Origin: Synechococcus sp. A15-28
GTDB taxonomy: Bacteria > Cyanobacteriota > Cyanobacteriia > PCC-6307 > Cyanobiaceae
Direction: 5' to 3'
Assembly (NCBI RefSeq): GCF_014280175.1
Contig: NZ_CP047931.1
Coordinates: forward strand, 450,001 to 482,000
DNA length: 32,000 nucleotides
The position numbers and the translations under genes are program-made. The notes beneath the pieces were generated by a model. The model was given only the letters and a program-made list of their open reading frames with translations, had not been told where the DNA came from and did not search any database. Position 1 is the first letter of the stretch, and each line of letters begins with the position of its first letter. Below, piece by piece: positions 28,631 through 32,000 of the stretch.

Positions 28631-28759
28631 CGAGTTCAACTGCGCCAATCGCTTGGCAGCCTACGGGGATGAGCAGAAATACTGGAAAGTAATTTGGAGG
28701 TGAAATTTTGGCTTTGTACTAAATCTTGAGCGGCAATCTCTCCGCTTCGTTTAATGAAA

Positions 28760-28831
28760 TGGGCGATACTGGATTTGAACCAGTGACTCCTACAATGTCA
28801 ATGTAGTGCTCTACCCCTGAGCTAATCGCCC
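28760..28831 (-). tRNA. tRNA-Val (anticodon GAC)
   Basis: The minus strand reads GGGCGAT TA GCTC AGGGGTA GAGC A CTACA TTGACAT TGTAG GAGTC ACTGG TTCAAAT CCAGT ATCGCCC A. All four stems pair perfectly in a cloverleaf. The anticodon is GAC. CCA is not encoded. Confidence 0.93.
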
Positions 28832-28903
28832 GAAATGAAGGCAACCAACGTGCACTGTCGGTTGATTTCGGTATTAGAGATTAGCAGCAGGCCTGCCCGC
28901 ACT

Positions 28904-29683
28904 TCAGCGGCGCATCAGTTCAATCCGCCAGCGCTCCCGCTTGGTCAGGGTGCATGACAACAGCTCGAGGCTGCCGCGATCCTGCAGCTGCAGGCGATCA
29001 CCCACCTTCAGTTCGCGACTCCCCTGGCGGACCGGTTCCCAGTTCAACCGCAAGCGTCCAGCCTTGATCTGACTGACCACCTTGGATCGAGACATCCCGA
29101 ATCCGGCTGAGGCGATGGCATCGACTCGGCAGGAGGCTTCCACTGTGGTGAGCCGTTTCGGATTGCGTTGGGCCGGCAGTTGCAGCTGCGTGATCTCGAG
29201 AACGTCGCAGTGAATCTCCACATCCCGGAGCTGTCCGCGGCGCCCCTGCAGATGTTCGGCTGCGCTTGGGCTGATCAACCCCTGGCCGCCCCGATCGCCG
29301 CGCACCCAGAGATCACCGAGATCATGGGGTTCGGCTCCCATGCTGTGCAGGGCCGATCGCAGGTCATCAGGACTGATGGGGTCAAACAGAAAATTGCCTT
29401 CGATCAGCAGTCCCTGGATCGGCGGGGGCAGCTCCACCGGCTGATCACGGCGATGGCAGAGCATTCGGCAGCGTTCGGCCCCCGGATGACCGCCGTCGCG
29501 CTGCCAGGCCAGTTCGCTGAGGCTGCTCAGTCGCTCCAGCGCTTCCTCCTGCAGAGGGGCATCGACAAAGGCACTCCAGGTCGGTTGCCAGGTGCGCAGC
29601 ACCACCTCGGCCAGATCCAACAACGCCGCCAGACCCACGGGGTGGCGGGCTTTGGTCAGCAGTTCGTCCCGCGGCAGCCTCAC
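28904..29683 (-). CDS. S4-domain RNA-binding protein (YlmH-like; 'photosystem II S4 domain protein' in cyanobacterial annotations)
   Basis: The C-terminal S4 motif is RVDAIASAGFGMSRSKVVSQIKAGRLRLNWEPV. The GTG start at 29681-29683 overlaps the upstream stop (GTGA). Confidence 0.8.
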   Translation of the reverse strand: MRLPRDELLTKARHPVGLAALLDLAEVVLRTWQPTWSAFVDAPLQEEALERLSSLSELAWQRDGGHPGAERCRMLCHRRDQPVELPPPIQGLLIEGNFLFDPISPDDLRSALHSMGAEPHDLGDLWVRGDRGGQGLISPSAAEHLQGRRGQLRDVEIHCDVLEITQLQLPAQRNPKRLTTVEASCRVDAIASAGFGMSRSKVVSQIKAGRLRLNWEPVRQGSRELKVGDRLQLQDRGSLELLSCTLTKRERWRIELMRR

Positions 29684-30180
29684 AGGTCGTTCAGCCGCAC
29701 CACCTGCTGCGGTCGGTTGCGTTGCACCACTTGCCAGGGCGCTTCGATGCCGTTGGGGGTCTCCACCAGCACCAACCAGGAGCCCTCATCCCGTCTGTTG
29801 CGCAGGATGCGCACGCCGGCTTCGTTGTCGGAATCCACGCTGGCCGCCGCGGCATAACTGCCCATCAGACCGGACCCCATCCCCATCAGTCCACCGATCA
29901 GCGTTTCCCCCCAGGGCCCGAAGGCCGCGAAGGTGGTGAGGTTGGTGATCTTGGTGAAGGTCACGCCCGCCAGAAAACCGAAGGGCATCAGCCAGCGGGC
30001 CATCGCCTTCTGCCGCCGTTGGCGGGTGAGATTGGGACTGAGCAGGGGCACGCTGTCGATGGCGTCCCCCTCCGGCGGAATCGCCTGGCACGTCAGCAGG
30101 GGTACGTCTGTGCCCCGCAGCTGCTCGGTCAGTCCTTCGGCTGCGGTCTGATCGGCCAGAACCACGACGCAAACGGGCAT
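29680..30180 (-). CDS. conserved hypothetical membrane protein with a glycine-zipper segment
   Basis: ATG at 30178-30180; the track ORF begins two codons earlier at GTG 30186. The central hydrophobic, Gly-rich segment is LIGGLMGMGSGLMGSYAAAA. Confidence 0.6.
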   Translation of the reverse strand: MPVCVVVLADQTAAEGLTEQLRGTDVPLLTCQAIPPEGDAIDSVPLLSPNLTRQRRQKAMARWLMPFGFLAGVTFTKITNLTTFAAFGPWGETLIGGLMGMGSGLMGSYAAAASVDSDNEAGVRILRNRRDEGSWLVLVETPNGIEAPWQVVQRNRPQQVVRLNDL

Positions 30181-30282
30181 TCGCACACATCCTGAGGGCT
30201 CAATTCTGAACCCTGTCCTGCGAAGTTCAGGGGCAGTGAATGCCGATCACTACAGTTCGGCGCGGCAGTACCGCGCCCAGCG

Positions 30283-31869
30283 ATGTCCAAAGTTCTGGTT
30301 TCCGACCCGATTGATCAGGCCGGGGTCGACATTCTCAGCCAGGTGGCTCAGGTGGACCAGCGTCCTGGTCTCTCCCCCGAGGAACTGGTCAGCGTGATCG
30401 GTGATTACGACGGATTGATGATCCGTTCCGGCACGCAGGTGACCGCTGAGGTGATCGCGGCTGCATCCAAGCTCAAGATCATCGGCCGCGCCGGCGTCGG
30501 TGTGGACAACGTCGATGTGCCGGCCGCCACCCAGCGGGGGGTGCTGGTGGTGAATTCCCCGGAGGGCAACACGATCGCGGCGGCGGAGCATGCCCTGGCG
30601 ATGATGCTCACCCTGTCGCGGCATGTTCCCCAGGCCCATGCAGGCATGCGGGCCGGCAAATGGGACCGCAAGAAGTACGTCGGCAACGAGCTCTACAAGA
30701 AGACGCTCGGCGTGGTCGGGCTGGGCAAGATCGGCTCCCACGTCGCCCGCGTCGCCCGGGCCATGGGGATGGAGGTGATCGCCTACGACCCTTTCATCGC
30801 CGCTGACCGCGCCCAGCAGATGCAGGTGCGGCTCACCGAGCTGGATGAGTTGTTCCGCACTGCGGATTACGTGACGCTGCACATCCCCCGCACCAAGGAC
30901 ACCGAGAACCTGGTGAATGCGGAGCTGCTGCGCACAATGAAACCCACCGCACGGATCGTGAACTGTGCCCGTGGTGGTGTGGTGGATGAAGCGGCCATCG
31001 CTGAGGCCATCAACAACGGCGTCATCGCCGGTGCCGGCCTGGATGTGTATGCCAGCGAACCTCTGGCGGAGGACTCGCCCCTGCGGGCGGTGGAGCGCGG
31101 CCTGGTGCTGACCCCCCACCTCGGTGCGTCCACGGAGGAGGCTCAGGAGAACGTGGCCACTGATGTGGCGGAGCAGATCCGCGACGTGCTGCTGGGGCTG
31201 CCGGCACGCAGCGCCGTCAATATCCCTGGCCTGAGTGCCGAGATCATGGAGCGGCTGAAGCCGCATCTGCAGCTGGCGGAAACCGTCGGTCGCCTGGTGA
31301 GCCAGCTCTCCGGCGGCCAGGTTCAGGAACTGGAACTGCGTTTGCAGGGGGATTTCGCCAACCATCCCTCCCAGCCGCTGGTGATCGCCTCGCTGAAGGG
31401 TCTGCTGGGGGCGGTGCTGGGGGACAGTATCAACTTCGTCAACGCTTCTTTGGAAGCCAAGGCCCGCGGTATCCGCGTGCTGGAGGTGAAGGATGAAGCC
31501 AGTCGCGATTACGCCGGCGGTTCACTTCAGCTGATCAGTCGCGGTGATCAGGGCAGCCGCAGCGTCACCGGCGCGGTGTTTGCCGATGGAGATCTGCGGA
31601 TCACCAGCATCGATGAGTTCCCTGTGAACGTGACCCCCAGCAGCCACATGCTGTTTACTCGCCACCGGGACATGCCCGGCATCATCGGCCAGCTGGGATC
31701 CATGCTCGGTGAGCACAACGTGAACATCGCAGCGATGCAGGTGGGACGGAAGATCGTTCGCGGTGATGCGGTGATGGTGCTGAGCATCGACGACCCGATC
31801 CCCGCAGCGTTGCTGCAGACCGTCACCGCGATTGAGGGCATCCAGGAAGCCCATCCGGTGAGCCTCTGA
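30283..31869 (+). CDS. serA: D-3-phosphoglycerate dehydrogenase
   Basis: MSKVLVSDPIDQAGVDIL..., NAD motif VVGLGKIGSHVA, and a C-terminal ACT-like region. The product is 528 aa. Confidence 0.95.
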   Translation: MSKVLVSDPIDQAGVDILSQVAQVDQRPGLSPEELVSVIGDYDGLMIRSGTQVTAEVIAAASKLKIIGRAGVGVDNVDVPAATQRGVLVVNSPEGNTIAAAEHALAMMLTLSRHVPQAHAGMRAGKWDRKKYVGNELYKKTLGVVGLGKIGSHVARVARAMGMEVIAYDPFIAADRAQQMQVRLTELDELFRTADYVTLHIPRTKDTENLVNAELLRTMKPTARIVNCARGGVVDEAAIAEAINNGVIAGAGLDVYASEPLAEDSPLRAVERGLVLTPHLGASTEEAQENVATDVAEQIRDVLLGLPARSAVNIPGLSAEIMERLKPHLQLAETVGRLVSQLSGGQVQELELRLQGDFANHPSQPLVIASLKGLLGAVLGDSINFVNASLEAKARGIRVLEVKDEASRDYAGGSLQLISRGDQGSRSVTGAVFADGDLRITSIDEFPVNVTPSSHMLFTRHRDMPGIIGQLGSMLGEHNVNIAAMQVGRKIVRGDAVMVLSIDDPIPAALLQTVTAIEGIQEAHPVSL

Positions 31870-32000
31870 TGTGGTGGCGTCTTACGATGGCGTGTCCTCC
31901 TGAATTGGAGGAATCGCTGGTTTGGAAACTGACGGACCTCGGTCTGCACCGCCATGCGGTGCAGCATGCTCCGGAGACGCCGGATCAGAAGCAGCTGCTG
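31869..32000 (+). CDS. prmA: ribosomal protein L11 methyltransferase, 3'-truncated by the window edge
   Basis: The ATG at 31869 overlaps the serA stop (TGATG). MWWRLTMACPPELEESLVWKLTDLGLHRHAV... resembles cyanobacterial PrmA N-termini. Only 44 codons are visible. Confidence 0.55.
   Translation, partial: MWWRLTMACPPELEESLVWKLTDLGLHRHAVQHAPETPDQKQLL

Overview
This window looks like a high-GC picocyanobacterial chromosome segment, similar to marine Synechococcus. Hand counts of sample 60-nt lines give about 60-63% GC. The assignment rests on gene content: PSRP-3/Ycf65, FtrV, a PSII S4-domain protein, a stand-alone atpD-atpC pair, and groES-groEL with a CIRCE-like operator. The segment is densely packed with housekeeping genes: ald, nadE, nadD, pepP, atpD, atpC, groES, groEL, secG, gpmI, pyrR, ftrV, rpoZ, murD, tRNA-Val(GAC), serA and the start of prmA. 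Many junctions are stop/start overlaps (TGATG, ATGA, GTGA). Several convergent gene pairs overlap at their 3' ends. The clear anomaly is a 3.8-kb low-GC block at about 15390-19200, where sampled lines give about 30-38% GC. It sits in the convergent gap between groEL and secG. It contains about 620 bp with no ORF of 60 aa or more, then three foreign-looking genes: a SAM-dependent methyltransferase, a GT61/DUF563-type glycosyltransferase and a Sulfotransfer_2-like sulfotransferase. I saw no integrase, transposase or flanking direct repeats. I read it as a horizontally acquired glycan-tailoring cassette, possibly for a sulfated and methylated surface glycan. Secondary observations are listed under findings: a HAD hydrolase with no canonical start codon upstream of its catalytic motif, a PSRP-3 with a long low-complexity N-terminal extension, an intercistronic hairpin in atpD-atpC, an orphan Hsp70-like ATPase, a structured 300-bp intergenic region, and an AT-rich spacer beside tRNA-Val. 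All family assignments come from motif recognition by eye. No searches were run.
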